Notes: a model not told the origin generated them from the letters alone. A stretch of DNA of 64,000 bases from Nitrospirota bacterium (GCA_963751455.1 CAVVUN010000015.1:1184001-1248000), one strand, 5' to 3'; counted from the stretch's first letter, positions 27,610-38,140 are shown. Program-made: numbers and translations.

Positions 27610-29487
27610 ATGATAGTCAGGATGTCAAAAGTCGAGATCGTGGGACAGAAGGAGCTGCTTCAGGATACCCTGTCCCTTCTTCGGGACCTTGGCATTTTTC
27701 AGATCGAACCCGCCGTCATCGGCTTTATCGACAAAGCCCGGGAAGAAGACATCCGGTCATTTATACCCGATGAAAAGGAGGTGTTCGAACGGCTTTTTCT
27801 TGAAAATCTGAGACAAAAAATCAATCAACTCTTTTTCTTTCTGCCGAGGCAACCCATACGGACGAGCTATCTCGACCCCCATTCTATCCTTGATACCGTC
27901 GATAAAACAGTCGAACGGCATATTGCCGTTTCGAGGGAGCTGTCCGAAAAAAGGGACGCGCTGCAAAAGGAACGCCTCGATCTTGACCGGTATGCAATCT
28001 TTCTTGAGAGGCTGGCTGCACTGGTCGAAAGCGCTGTAGAAACTCCCGACCTGGATTTCATCGGTCTGACGATACGGGAACCGGGTATGGTTGAGCATCT
28101 TCGCGATGCAATATCCCGTATAACCGACTGGAAATTCGATCTCGTCACCAGCACGGCTGATGACGGCACGCTTGTAGGTCTTATCACGATAGAGAAAGAC
28201 CTCTCTGAAAAGGTAAAGAAAGCTCTGAGCGACCAGCATGTGCCGGAACTCTCGTTTCCTCCGTCGTTCGACGCCCTGACGTTTCGCGAGAAGGTGGCAT
28301 ACGTTGCAAAGAGGAGTTCTGAAGCGACCCGGGAAATCGAAGCAATAAATCTGGAATTGTCCAGACTGTCCCATCGATGGGTGCCCATCTATGAAGCGGT
28401 TAAGACATGGATAGACGACAGGCTCTCGCTCCTGTCGGCGTCCGCATGGAGTTTTGAGACACGGCTTTGTTTTTTTATAAACGGCTGGATGCCGAGCGGC
28501 AATGTTCAAATGCTCAGGACGAAGATGTGGGAAGCATTCGGCGCCAACGTCATACTGATTGAGAAAGAAATCCGGGAAGACGACCTGGAAAAGGTGCCGA
28601 TTGTCTTAAAAAATCGTTCATATTTCAAGCCGTTTGAACTTTTTACCAGCCTGCTTCCGCTGCCTGCATACACTTCATACGACCCGACGCCCTTCATGGG
28701 AATCTTCTTCCCGATATTTTTCGGTATGATTCTGGGCGACGCCGGGTATGGTCTCGTGCTGGGTATTACAGCCTTTATACTGAAGAAGAAATTCAGAGGC
28801 CAGGCCCTCATCAAGGACGGGGCTTCAATTCTGCTGATCGCATCTCTTTATTCCGCATTCTTCGGGGTGCTGTTCGGGGAGTTCTTCGGAGATTTGCCCG
28901 AGCGATTATTTCAGCTCAAACCGATCTGCGTAGAACGACGGGATGCCGTGATCCCCATGCTTTTCTTCACACTTGCGGTCGGCGTTGCGCACATCGTTTT
29001 CGGCCTGTTTCTGGGCGTCCTGACGGGGTTCAAAAAAAAAGAAAAAAAAGAGGCTATCTACAAACTGTTGAACATCGTAATTATCCTGTGCCTGATCACT
29101 GTGCTGGCTTCGTTATTCGGCGTTTTCCCCGGGGTCCTGGCGAGGCCGATCGTCATCGCCATCCTGTTCATGACGCCGCTTCTTTTTTTTACAGGCGGTC
29201 TGCTTGCGCCCCTTGAACTTCTGAAGAGTATCGGAAACATCATTTCCTATGTCCGGATAATGGCCATCGGACTTACGTCGGTATTGTTGGCGTTTGCAGC
29301 GAATAATCTCGGAGGCTTGACCGGCGATGTGCTGACGGGCACTGTCGTGGCCGGGCTGCTCCATTTGCTTAATTTGATTCTCGGCGTATTTTCGCCCACG
29401 ATCCACTCGCTGCGTCTGCATTACGTGGAGTTTTTCAGTAAATTCATGGAGCACGGCGGGAGACGGTTCCAGCCGTTGAAGAAATGA
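27610..29487 (+). CDS. ntpI: A/V-type ATPase subunit I
   Basis: DPTP...FFG.ILGDAGYG, SYVRIMA, RLHYVEFF.KF. Confidence 0.95.
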   Translation: MIVRMSKVEIVGQKELLQDTLSLLRDLGIFQIEPAVIGFIDKAREEDIRSFIPDEKEVFERLFLENLRQKINQLFFFLPRQPIRTSYLDPHSILDTVDKTVERHIAVSRELSEKRDALQKERLDLDRYAIFLERLAALVESAVETPDLDFIGLTIREPGMVEHLRDAISRITDWKFDLVTSTADDGTLVGLITIEKDLSEKVKKALSDQHVPELSFPPSFDALTFREKVAYVAKRSSEATREIEAINLELSRLSHRWVPIYEAVKTWIDDRLSLLSASAWSFETRLCFFINGWMPSGNVQMLRTKMWEAFGANVILIEKEIREDDLEKVPIVLKNRSYFKPFELFTSLLPLPAYTSYDPTPFMGIFFPIFFGMILGDAGYGLVLGITAFILKKKFRGQALIKDGASILLIASLYSAFFGVLFGEFFGDLPERLFQLKPICVERRDAVIPMLFFTLAVGVAHIVFGLFLGVLTGFKKKEKKEAIYKLLNIVIILCLITVLASLFGVFPGVLARPIVIAILFMTPLLFFTGGLLAPLELLKSIGNIISYVRIMAIGLTSVLLAFAANNLGGLTGDVLTGTVVAGLLHLLNLILGVFSPTIHSLRLHYVEFFSKFMEHGGRRFQPLKK

Positions 29488-29512
29488 GGATTTTTAACAA
29501 AAGGAGGTTTTT

Positions 29513-29737
29513 ATGAGCCTGGAAAAGGTTTTTATCGCATTCTGCGCCGCGCTGGCCATCGGTATCCCTGCTCTTGCCACTGCCTGGGCACAGTCAAAAA
29601 TCGGGGCGGCAGGAGCGGGTGCACTGGCCGAGAAACCCGAACTTACCGGCACTATCGTTATCCTGGTCGCGATACCGGAAACCATGGTTATTTTGGGGTT
29701 CGTTGTGTCTACGATGATACTTTTCACGGTGAAATGA
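29513..29737 (+). CDS. ntpK: A/V-type ATPase proteolipid subunit K (single hairpin)
   Basis: AQS.IGAA..GA.AEKPE, PET carboxylate. Confidence 0.93.
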   Translation: MSLEKVFIAFCAALAIGIPALATAWAQSKIGAAGAGALAEKPELTGTIVILVAIPETMVILGFVVSTMILFTVK

Positions 29738-29738
29738 A

Positions 29739-30326
29739 ATGAGCTGCACAGAGCTTATTGAATCTCTCAAAAAATCCGCGGACGGGAAAAAAAATCTGCT
29801 CTGGCAGGAGGCGGAAGCCACGGCAGCGGCAACCAAATCGCAAGCGGAGAACGCGTTGAAGAAGCTGCGTGAAGACGCAGAACGGCAGCGGGTTGCGGCC
29901 GTCCGGGACAAGACTGCTCACGCGATTGCCGATGCCCGGAGCCAGGCGCGTATGTTAAGACTGGCGGCTGAAAAAGAGCTTGCCGGGCGACTGTATACAG
30001 CTGCCCTTTCTTCCCTGAAGTCGCTGAGGGACCTTGATTACAAAGCCGTTTTCCATTCACTGGTCGGAGAGTTACCGCTTGTCTCCTGGCAGACCGTTCG
30101 CGTGAACCCGGAGGACACTGCTCTTGCCGCGAGATATTTTCCGGCTGCCGAAATAGTGCCTGATGATACCATTATCGGAGGAGTGGAGGCATCGGCAGGG
30201 GAAGGAGCCATACGGATTATCAATACCCTGGAGAAGAGGCTGGAACGTGCGTGGAGCGATTTTCTGCCCGAACTGATCAGGGCCGTGTATCAGGAGGTTT
30301 CCGTTGAAGCTCCTTCAGCATTTTGA
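29739..30326 (+). CDS. ntpE: A/V-type ATPase subunit E
   Basis: V.VNP.D, IGGV, NTLE.RL, operon position. Confidence 0.88.
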   Translation: MSCTELIESLKKSADGKKNLLWQEAEATAAATKSQAENALKKLREDAERQRVAAVRDKTAHAIADARSQARMLRLAAEKELAGRLYTAALSSLKSLRDLDYKAVFHSLVGELPLVSWQTVRVNPEDTALAARYFPAAEIVPDDTIIGGVEASAGEGAIRIINTLEKRLERAWSDFLPELIRAVYQEVSVEAPSAF

Positions 30327-31272
30327 AAACCCGGGGTACCCGGCTGAATATCTGGTTTCGAGGATCAGCGGACGGCGGTCCCGCTTTATCACGGACTGGA
30401 AACAGCTTGTTTTCAATGCCGCGCCCGCGGAATACCTGTCCTCCTCCCGCTATCAGGGGTTTGTGAAGGAGCATACGCCGGATGCAATATGGAGTTGTCT
30501 TATAAAAGAAAACCGGTGGTTATATGCGCAGATGAATGAAGACCTTCGGAGAATGTTCAACCCATATTTTTTGTATACGGAACTTCGGACCATCTTTATC
30601 TGGTTACGACATAGCATGCAGGGCCAAAAGACGGGCAGGACAACGGACCTCCTCAAGAGCAGTCTGCTCTCCGACGAAATAAAGAAACTGTTTGCATCGA
30701 ATCCGGATGTGGGCTTTGCCGTAACAAGTCTCGAACGCATATTCTTATCCCTGTCTGAAAAATTTGCAGGGCTGTCCGTGAAGTTCGAAACCGAAGGCTT
30801 AAGGGGGCTGGAGCAGCACATTACCAATACCTATCTGTCAGTGACGACGGAGAGCCGTCTGCACCCTGTTTTGAAGAAATATTTTCAGCAATTGATCGAT
30901 GCGCGAAACGTCATGAGCATGTATAAATATATCAGGCTGGAGCAGAAAATTGAGCCGCCCGTCATTCCGGGCGGGAGAATTCCGGAATCCCGCCTCCGGG
31001 CTGTTGTTGTCAGCGGCGACAGCTTTGGCTTGAGCCCTCTTATCAGGAAATTTTTCGGCATCACGATCGAAACACCGGACCCCACCAAGGTGGAAATTGC
31101 CCTCTATTCCGGGATAACACGATTTTTGAAAAAGGAAAGGCGTGAACAGCCGCTTGTCGGCGTCATCCTGGATTACCTTTGGAACTGCTCGCTTCAAGTT
31201 ATGAACTTGAGCGTGGTGCTGGCGGGCAAGGACCTGGAGCGGGAGGTCGTCATCGGTGAGCTCGTGCAGTAG
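30304..31272 (+). CDS. ntpC: A/V-type ATPase subunit C (divergent)
   Basis: Y...RI.GRRS, ID.RN, position between E and F. Confidence 0.7.
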   Translation: MKLLQHFENPGYPAEYLVSRISGRRSRFITDWKQLVFNAAPAEYLSSSRYQGFVKEHTPDAIWSCLIKENRWLYAQMNEDLRRMFNPYFLYTELRTIFIWLRHSMQGQKTGRTTDLLKSSLLSDEIKKLFASNPDVGFAVTSLERIFLSLSEKFAGLSVKFETEGLRGLEQHITNTYLSVTTESRLHPVLKKYFQQLIDARNVMSMYKYIRLEQKIEPPVIPGGRIPESRLRAVVVSGDSFGLSPLIRKFFGITIETPDPTKVEIALYSGITRFLKKERREQPLVGVILDYLWNCSLQVMNLSVVLAGKDLEREVVIGELVQ

Positions 31273-31576
31273 AGAATATTTCACCGCGAAGACGCAAAGA
31301 GCGCAAAGGTTTTTAAAACTTTAAACCTGAATTTAAGAAGTCAAAGATTTTCTTCGCGTCCCTCGCTTGCACCCAGCGTTTTTGAGGCCCCTGATTCCCG
31401 TCTCTGCGGTCCTTGATTCCCGTCGCACGCTTCTCAGTGCGATGGTCGATAAAGGGTCTAAGCCTTACTCAGCGAGATGGTACTCAATGAGTCTCAGTAT
31501 TGTGGAACCGCGAGTGCAGAGTGTGTTCATCCGTAACAGGAATATTTTTTTCCGGCTTGCTCCGGGTTGGGTTGAA

Positions 31577-31915
31577 ATGAAAAAGATCGCGTTCATAACT
31601 CTTCCTGACGCAAAATACGGATTCAGGTTGGGCGGCGTTCCACACTATGCCGTGGAGCCGTCCGAGCTTCAAAATACACTGGCGAAAGTCATTGGTGACC
31701 CCGAGAACGGACTGGCCGTTGTTGATGAACGGTTTGTCGCCGGAAACCGGGAAGCAGAAGGGCTATCGGAAGACCGGCTCCGTGAGATTGAACAGGGCTG
31801 GCAGGGGATACTGCTGGTCCTCCCCTCGCCGCGAAAACCGATTGCAGAAGATGAGGATTACGCGGCCCGTCTCATTCGGAGAGCAATCGGTTATCATGTG
31901 AGGCTCAAATTATAA
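31577..31915 (+). CDS. ntpF: A/V-type ATPase subunit F
   Basis: GFRLGGV, LIRRAIG. Start at ATG 31577. Confidence 0.88.
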   Translation: MKKIAFITLPDAKYGFRLGGVPHYAVEPSELQNTLAKVIGDPENGLAVVDERFVAGNREAEGLSEDRLREIEQGWQGILLVLPSPRKPIAEDEDYAARLIRRAIGYHVRLKL

Positions 31916-32040
31916 TGCAGGATGCAGATTCAGGTACAGGATGCAAGATACAGGATACAAAATTAGATCTCGATTAATCATTTTCATCATGTATCGTGAA
32001 TCCTGAATCGTGCATCTTTTCTTCATGCATCGTGTATCAG
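31915..32040. repeat. Heptamer tandem/inverted repeat tract (CAGGATR type; related tracts ~10870-10925, 22270-22312, 33690-33760, 56057-56092)
   Basis: caggatg/caagata/caggata with complementary tracts downstream. Confidence 0.6.
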
Positions 32041-32051
32041 AGGGTAAAGCC

Positions 32052-33674
32052 ATGAACGGCCGTATACAGGCAATATCGGGACCTACGGTGACCGTAGATC
32101 TTAAAGGACTACAGTTGTACGAGCGCGTTTATGTAGGAAACGGGATGCTGACCGGAGAAGTAGTGCGGCTTGAGAAGGACAGGTCTGTCGTTCAGGTGTA
32201 TGAGGATACACGAGGCCTTGCGAAGGGAGAACCTGTCAAGGGAGTAGGCATGCCGCTTACGGTGCGGCTCGGCCCCGGGCTTCTCGGGGGCATGTTCGAC
32301 GGGCTGCAGCGTCCGCTCGAGCGGCTGAGAGAGGATATGGGGCCGTTCATCACCAGGGGAAGGGAGATATATGCGCTCGATTACATGAAGCGCTGGAAAT
32401 TCTCGCCCCTGATGAAGGCAGGCGATCAGACAACAGCCGGTTCGATTATCGGCTTCGTTGACGAAGGCGCTTTCAAGCATTTCATCATGACGGGACATGA
32501 CGAGGAGGGAACGATCTTGAGCATTGCAGAGGGTGAAATCAGCCTGAACGAGCCTCTCGGAGAGTATGCCGACGGGAAGGAGATTCCGGGTTGTCATGAA
32601 TGGCCGGTGCGGCTGGCAAGGCCATACCGGAAAAAAATTGCTCCTGCGGAGCCGCTCATAACCGGTCAGCGGAGCATCGATTTCCTGTTTCCCCTTGTCA
32701 GGGGCGGGACAGCAATCTTCCCCGGCGGATTCGGGACCGGAAAGACGATACTCGAGCAGTCAGTTGCAAAATTCGCGGATGTGGACATCGTGGTCTATGC
32801 GGGATGCGGCGAGCGGGGAAACGAGATGGCTGATATGATAGCCGAGTTCGGGGACCTGAAGGACCCCTGGACCAGGCGGCCGCTCCGGGAGCGCACCATC
32901 CTGGTGGTCAATACTTCGAACATGCCGGTAGCGGCAAGAGAAGCCTCCATCTATACCGCTGTCACGATGGCGGAATATTACCGCGATATGGGATATAACG
33001 TGCTTTTTCTTGCCGACAGTCTGTCGCGCTGGGCCGAAGCGCTCCGGGAGATATCGGCATCCCTCGAGGAAATGCCGGGAGAGGAGGGATATCCCACATA
33101 CCTGGCGTCGCGTCTTTCTTCTTTTCTGGAAAGGGCCGGCGTTGTCGAAACGATGAATGGGAGGATCGGTTCGCTCAGCATGATACTTTCCGTGTCGCCT
33201 CCGGGTGGTGATTTTACGGAACCCGTTACACAGGCATGTCTTCGGACAACCGGAGCGTTTCTCATGCTCGATACCTCTCTAGCCCACCGCAGACACTTCC
33301 CTGCCATAAACTGGTTCCAAAGCTACTCGCTGTACGCCGGTGAAGCGTCTGGATATTACCGTCAGAAGATCTCTCCGGAATGGGATGGTATGCTGAGGCG
33401 CTGCCGCGAGATCCTGCAGCAGGAGGAATCCCTCAGAGAAGTGGCGGAGATCGTGGGCGCCGAAGGACTGCAGGACAGGGATCGCCTGCTTATGCGCACT
33501 GCCGAAACGGTGCGAAATGATTTTTTGCAGCAGAATGCATACAGCGACGATGCTTTCTCACCGCCGGAAAAGACACTTGGCATTATCAAGCGCATCATGA
33601 GCAACCATGACCGTGCGGAGGAGAAGTTGAAAAAGGGGATGACACTGGAGGAGGCTGTGAAGATCGAGGGATAA
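32052..33674 (+). CDS. ntpA: A/V-type ATPase subunit A
   Basis: Walker A GGFGTGKT, GCGERGNE, NTSNMPVAARE, PGEEGYP. Confidence 0.96.
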   Translation: MNGRIQAISGPTVTVDLKGLQLYERVYVGNGMLTGEVVRLEKDRSVVQVYEDTRGLAKGEPVKGVGMPLTVRLGPGLLGGMFDGLQRPLERLREDMGPFITRGREIYALDYMKRWKFSPLMKAGDQTTAGSIIGFVDEGAFKHFIMTGHDEEGTILSIAEGEISLNEPLGEYADGKEIPGCHEWPVRLARPYRKKIAPAEPLITGQRSIDFLFPLVRGGTAIFPGGFGTGKTILEQSVAKFADVDIVVYAGCGERGNEMADMIAEFGDLKDPWTRRPLRERTILVVNTSNMPVAAREASIYTAVTMAEYYRDMGYNVLFLADSLSRWAEALREISASLEEMPGEEGYPTYLASRLSSFLERAGVVETMNGRIGSLSMILSVSPPGGDFTEPVTQACLRTTGAFLMLDTSLAHRRHFPAINWFQSYSLYAGEASGYYRQKISPEWDGMLRRCREILQQEESLREVAEIVGAEGLQDRDRLLMRTAETVRNDFLQQNAYSDDAFSPPEKTLGIIKRIMSNHDRAEEKLKKGMTLEEAVKIEG

Positions 33675-33780
33675 GAACCATGCTTCATTTCAAATTGCAA
33701 AATGGAAAATCAGGAAATACGGCCTTCGGCCATACCAAATTTTCAGTTTTAAATTTTCAATGGCGGCCGGAGGCTGCATT

Positions 33781-35166
33781 ATGAGATTATCAGAGCATAT
33801 CTATCGTACGATTTCGTCGCTGGCAGGACCACTCCTGTTTGTCCAGGATGTGTTCAGCGCCCGAATAGGAGAGATCGTAACGGTCCATGTTGCCGACGGC
33901 AGGCACCTGGAGGCAGAGGTTCTGGAAATAGAGGGGGACACCGTGCTCGTGGAAGTGTACGGAGGAACGCAGGGTATAGAAATACAGCGAACAACCGTAT
34001 CCTTCTCCGATGCCATAAAAAAAGTGCCCCTGTCCGCAGATATCGTGGGACGGGTATTTAACGGCTCGTTCCAGCCGAAAGACGGCGCTCCCATGTTCAT
34101 CCCGGAGAAGTGGAAACCGATCATTGGCGCGCCTATAAACCCGGCTGCACGCGCCCGGCCCGAAGACTTCATCGAGACCGGCTTCTCTCCGATCGATGGC
34201 CTTAATACTCTGGTCCGGGGCCAGAAGCTGCCGGTGTTCTCTGCGGCCGGCCTGCCCTCAAAGGAAGTGGTAGCTTCGATCCTAAAGAACTCACGGCTCG
34301 CGCGAAATCCCTCCGGCGATTTGAACAAGAATGGAAACGGAGATCTAACAAAGAACAAAAGCGCAGCGGAGGGATATACCGTTGTGTTCGCAGCCCTGGG
34401 TCTTACCTTTTACGAATATTCTTTTTATATGAAAGTGCTTGAGGAGATGAGGACCGGCTTTGTCGCATTTGTGAATATGGCGGATGAACCGGTTATGGAG
34501 CGCCTGCTCGCGCCGCGGTTCGCACTGACGGTCGCGGAATACCTTGCCTTCGAAAAGGGCATGGACGTTCTCGTAATTATCACGGATATGACGAACTACT
34601 GCGACGCGCTCCGTGAAATATCAACAGCACGTGAGGAACTTCCCGGCAGACGCGGCTATCCCGGTTATATGTATTCGGACCTTGCGTCCCTGTACGAGCG
34701 GGCCGGAAGAATCCATGGGGTCCAGGGGTCCGTCACCATGCTTCCGGTTGTGACAATGCCGGAGGATGACATAACGCACCCGATCCCCGACCTTACGGGT
34801 TACATTACCGAAGGACAGATTGTACTTTCCCGCGAACTGCATCAGAAGGGCATCTTTCCGCCCATCGACGTTTTGCCGAGTCTTTCGCGTCTGATGCAGA
34901 AGGGCATCGGCGAAGGACATACCCGGGCGGACCACCGCATGGTATCAAACCACCTCTATAAATATTATGCCAAGGGCCGCGACCTCCGTCGGCTCGAAGC
35001 CATCGTGGGCAGGGACGGCATGACCAAGGCCGACATCGTGATGCTCGATTTTGCAGATGCGTTCGAAAAGGACTTTGTCGGGCAGGGCATGACGAGACGA
35101 ACAGTCCAGGAGACGCTCGATACGGGTCTGGAGCTTATGAAGAAGTTCTCGCTGGAACTGAAGTGA
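33781..35166 (+). CDS. ntpB: A/V-type ATPase subunit B
   Basis: PGRRGYPGYMYSDL, THPIPDLTGYITEGQ, LPSLSRLM. Confidence 0.96.
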   Translation: MRLSEHIYRTISSLAGPLLFVQDVFSARIGEIVTVHVADGRHLEAEVLEIEGDTVLVEVYGGTQGIEIQRTTVSFSDAIKKVPLSADIVGRVFNGSFQPKDGAPMFIPEKWKPIIGAPINPAARARPEDFIETGFSPIDGLNTLVRGQKLPVFSAAGLPSKEVVASILKNSRLARNPSGDLNKNGNGDLTKNKSAAEGYTVVFAALGLTFYEYSFYMKVLEEMRTGFVAFVNMADEPVMERLLAPRFALTVAEYLAFEKGMDVLVIITDMTNYCDALREISTAREELPGRRGYPGYMYSDLASLYERAGRIHGVQGSVTMLPVVTMPEDDITHPIPDLTGYITEGQIVLSRELHQKGIFPPIDVLPSLSRLMQKGIGEGHTRADHRMVSNHLYKYYAKGRDLRRLEAIVGRDGMTKADIVMLDFADAFEKDFVGQGMTRRTVQETLDTGLELMKKFSLELK

Positions 35167-35319
35167 GTTAGAATTTTATCCGCAGATTACGCAGATTTCA
35201 CCGATTAAAAACCAGTCCCGATTTATGTTCTTTCTAAAAATCTGCGTAAATCTGCTTGTGCCCGCGTTTTGGCAACAGCAGGGTAAGAAATCTGCGGATA
35301 ATCATTTAAGAAGGTTCCT

Positions 35320-36012
35320 ATGATTCACCCGACTCGCACAAACTTATTATTGCTCAAGGAAAAGGCCAGGTCGGTCGTAAACAGCATCGGCATCCTGAAA
35401 GCACGAAAGCAGGCGCTGATAAAGGAGTTTCTGGCAGCGACGCTGCCGTTTCTGAGATCCCGCGAGGACATACGCAACTCGTACGGCAAAGCACTTCGCG
35501 AGCTTGCGATATCACTCGGACACGAAGGGGTTGATGCCGTAGAGTCAATAGCGGTCGCCAGTGAAAGGGATTTCAAGATAAACGTGGTTGAGAGGAGCAT
35601 CTGGGGTCTTAAATACAAGGACATTCTTGTCCATGACGCGCCCGTGCGAGATCCGGATAAAAGAGGATATGATGAGTACGGTACATCGCCGCATCTTGAG
35701 GACGCATCGTTTCTTTTTGAAAAGCTGCTGGAATCCATGCTCCAGATTGCGAAGTATGAAAGCAAACTCAAACGGCTCGGTGACGAGATCACCCGCACAA
35801 CGAGAAGGATAAAGGTCCTGGAAGAGACCGTACTCCCCGGGATCAAATCACAAATAAAAACCATTGCACAGTATATCAGCGAGCGGGAACGGGAGTCGTT
35901 TTATCGGTTAAAGCGGGTCAAAAGCATTCTAACGACCAGGGAGAATAATCCGCACGCAAAACCGTCGGACTTTACGCTGCAAGCGCAGAAGCCCGAGCGA
36001 AATGCAGTATGA
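35320..36012 (+). CDS. ntpD: A/V-type ATPase subunit D
   Basis: PTR..L..LK, EI..T.RR...LE, ERERE.F.RLK. Confidence 0.93.
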   Translation: MIHPTRTNLLLLKEKARSVVNSIGILKARKQALIKEFLAATLPFLRSREDIRNSYGKALRELAISLGHEGVDAVESIAVASERDFKINVVERSIWGLKYKDILVHDAPVRDPDKRGYDEYGTSPHLEDASFLFEKLLESMLQIAKYESKLKRLGDEITRTTRRIKVLEETVLPGIKSQIKTIAQYISERERESFYRLKRVKSILTTRENNPHAKPSDFTLQAQKPERNAV

Positions 36013-36205
36013 GAGAACGCAGAAATAGCGATGAATACGAAAATTGTTTTAGGAGAAGCGTTACATCGAATAGATCAAAAACGAGTCCTTTTCCCAATTC
36101 TTTTGCGAGGAAATGGTAAAATCAAAGCAGGTCACACCGGACAATAAACTACAATGAGCCGGGGCAAATGGCCGCCACCAACCATCATTAGGTGAGGACT
36201 GCAAC

Positions 36206-37645
36206 ATGAAGAAGAAACCCGGTCCGGACTTTACCGTTGTAATTGCAGTTATGTTTTCGATTTTGCTGCATGGCTGCGGCCCGGACAGGATAGATGTTGT
36301 GTCGGCGCCTATGCTGCTCTCCATTGCGATCAGTCCCTCCGAGCCGAGTATGGCTCCGGGAACGACGCTGCAACTTCAGGCGCGGGGCACATTCTCCAAC
36401 ATCACGAGGAATCTGAGCCCGCAGGAACTAACGTGGACGTCCTCGGACACCAACGTCGCGACAGTGAACGATCAAGGTCTGGTTACAGCATCGTCGCTCG
36501 TAAGTTCCGGTTCTACGACAATTACGGCCGCTTCCGGAACAAATGCTGCTTCCACCCTGATTACGGTTTCCCCCCTCTCGACGGTTGCCGTTACCCCCAG
36601 CCAGCCGACGATCGCCCCGGGCACTACGCTGCAGCTTACGGCTACGGGCACGCTGCAGAATTCCGCAACGCAGAATATAACCGATGTCGTAACCTGGAGC
36701 TCATCGGATGCCGGCATTGCATCAGTGAACGATAACGGCCTGGTCTCCGCAACATCCGGTTCAACCGGCACGACCACGATATCGGCGGTTTTCGATACTG
36801 CTATGGGAACTACGGCAATCACGACGGCTGCAGTTACCGCTATCAGTGTAACCCCTGTTAACCCCGAACTGATCGCCGGTACCGCCCGGCAGTTTACCGC
36901 AACCGGCACTCTTTCCGGGAATGCGACACAGAATTTAACAAACTTCGCAGCATGGACCGCAGCTCCCGCAGGAATCATTACTGTGAACGGCAGCGGGTCG
37001 GTGACAGCGGCAGCTGAAGGCTTGGCGATTGTTACGGCGACATTTGGAGGGATATCCGGAGCAACGTCAGTGACCGTAACAGCTCCTGATCTTGTCTCGA
37101 TATCGATATCACCGACCGGCGTGACTATCGCCAGCGGCGCAACGCAACAGTTCACTGTCACCGGAACGTTTTCCGATGGGACCAGGCAGAATATAACGTC
37201 GAACGCTACATGGACTTCTTCCAATAGCCGGGTTGCGACGATAAGCAATTCGGCCGGGACGCAGGGACTGGCAACAGCTGCGGGTGCGGGCACGACGACG
37301 ATTACGGCCACGTTCTCCGGGATAACCTCCAACCAGGCAACAGTGACGGTGCCTGCCGGCGCTCCGGTGCTGTCGTCGATTACCATCACACCATCGAATC
37401 CTACGCTTGTCTTCGGATCGAATACGCTGATTCAATTTTCAGCGACGGGGGTATTTTCAGACGGTACGACAATCAACCTGACGGGGAGCTCGACCTGGAC
37501 TTCCTCGAACCCGGGGGTTGCAACCATATCGAATGCGCCGGTGTTCATCGGTCAAGCTACTGCAACCGGCGTGGGAACCGCTGCAATAACCGCGAGGTCC
37601 GGAAATATCACCGGCAGCACGACGCTGACCGTAAATTCTTTTTAG
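36206..37645 (+). CDS. Lipoprotein with five Big_2 Ig-like domains
   Basis: Lipobox LHGC, SI.I.P...QFTATG..WTSS..VAT repeats. Confidence 0.85.
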   Translation: MKKKPGPDFTVVIAVMFSILLHGCGPDRIDVVSAPMLLSIAISPSEPSMAPGTTLQLQARGTFSNITRNLSPQELTWTSSDTNVATVNDQGLVTASSLVSSGSTTITAASGTNAASTLITVSPLSTVAVTPSQPTIAPGTTLQLTATGTLQNSATQNITDVVTWSSSDAGIASVNDNGLVSATSGSTGTTTISAVFDTAMGTTAITTAAVTAISVTPVNPELIAGTARQFTATGTLSGNATQNLTNFAAWTAAPAGIITVNGSGSVTAAAEGLAIVTATFGGISGATSVTVTAPDLVSISISPTGVTIASGATQQFTVTGTFSDGTRQNITSNATWTSSNSRVATISNSAGTQGLATAAGAGTTTITATFSGITSNQATVTVPAGAPVLSSITITPSNPTLVFGSNTLIQFSATGVFSDGTTINLTGSSTWTSSNPGVATISNAPVFIGQATATGVGTAAITARSGNITGSTTLTVNSF

Positions 37646-37675
37646 GCCGATCCTGATTTAAGGCTTTGCCCGGCG

Positions 37676-38080
37676 GTGAGCATTATAATGCAAGAGCATG
37701 AAATGAAGGCCGTGCTGATAGAGTACATGGCCAGGGGATTTCTCAACAATATAATAGGGTTATTCAAACAGGACAAGCGGCTCTACCGGTTTATTCCCGA
37801 CATGCTGGGAGAGAAGAATTTCAGGGTGAGGCTCGGTACGGTCGCCCTCGTAGAAGAACTGGTATCGGAACACCGGAACGAACTCAAGGCCGCGGTCCCC
37901 GGTTTGATCGCGCTTTTAAACCACCCGAACCCGACGATCCGGGGGGATGCCGCATCGGTACTCGGCACAATAGGAGACCAGTCAGCCAGGGAGGCATTGA
38001 GCGCAAGTTTACTTGACACTTATCCGGTGGTGTGTGAAGCGGCAAGGGACGCTTTACTGAAGATAAAGAAGGATGTTTGA
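37676..38080 (+). CDS. HEAT-repeat protein
   Basis: AVPGLIALL.HP...IRGDAA.VLG.IG. Confidence 0.8.
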   Translation: MSIIMQEHEMKAVLIEYMARGFLNNIIGLFKQDKRLYRFIPDMLGEKNFRVRLGTVALVEELVSEHRNELKAAVPGLIALLNHPNPTIRGDAASVLGTIGDQSAREALSASLLDTYPVVCEAARDALLKIKKDV

Positions 38081-38089
38081 AAGGGGAAC

Positions 38090-38131
38090 GAGCACAAAAG
38101 GCGCGCCCGGAGGGGCGCGCCTTTTGTGCTC
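38090..38131. terminator. Bidirectional terminator
   Basis: Perfect inverted repeat GAGCACAAAAGGCGCGCCC/GGGCGCGCCTTTTGTGCTC between convergent genes. Confidence 0.85.
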
Positions 38132-38140
38132 AGAACCGGA

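Noticed and set aside
29513-29737. Firm Na+-coupling call for the ATPase
   Set aside because: Q...ET without the Tyr also occurs in H+-coupled enzymes of the Thermus type
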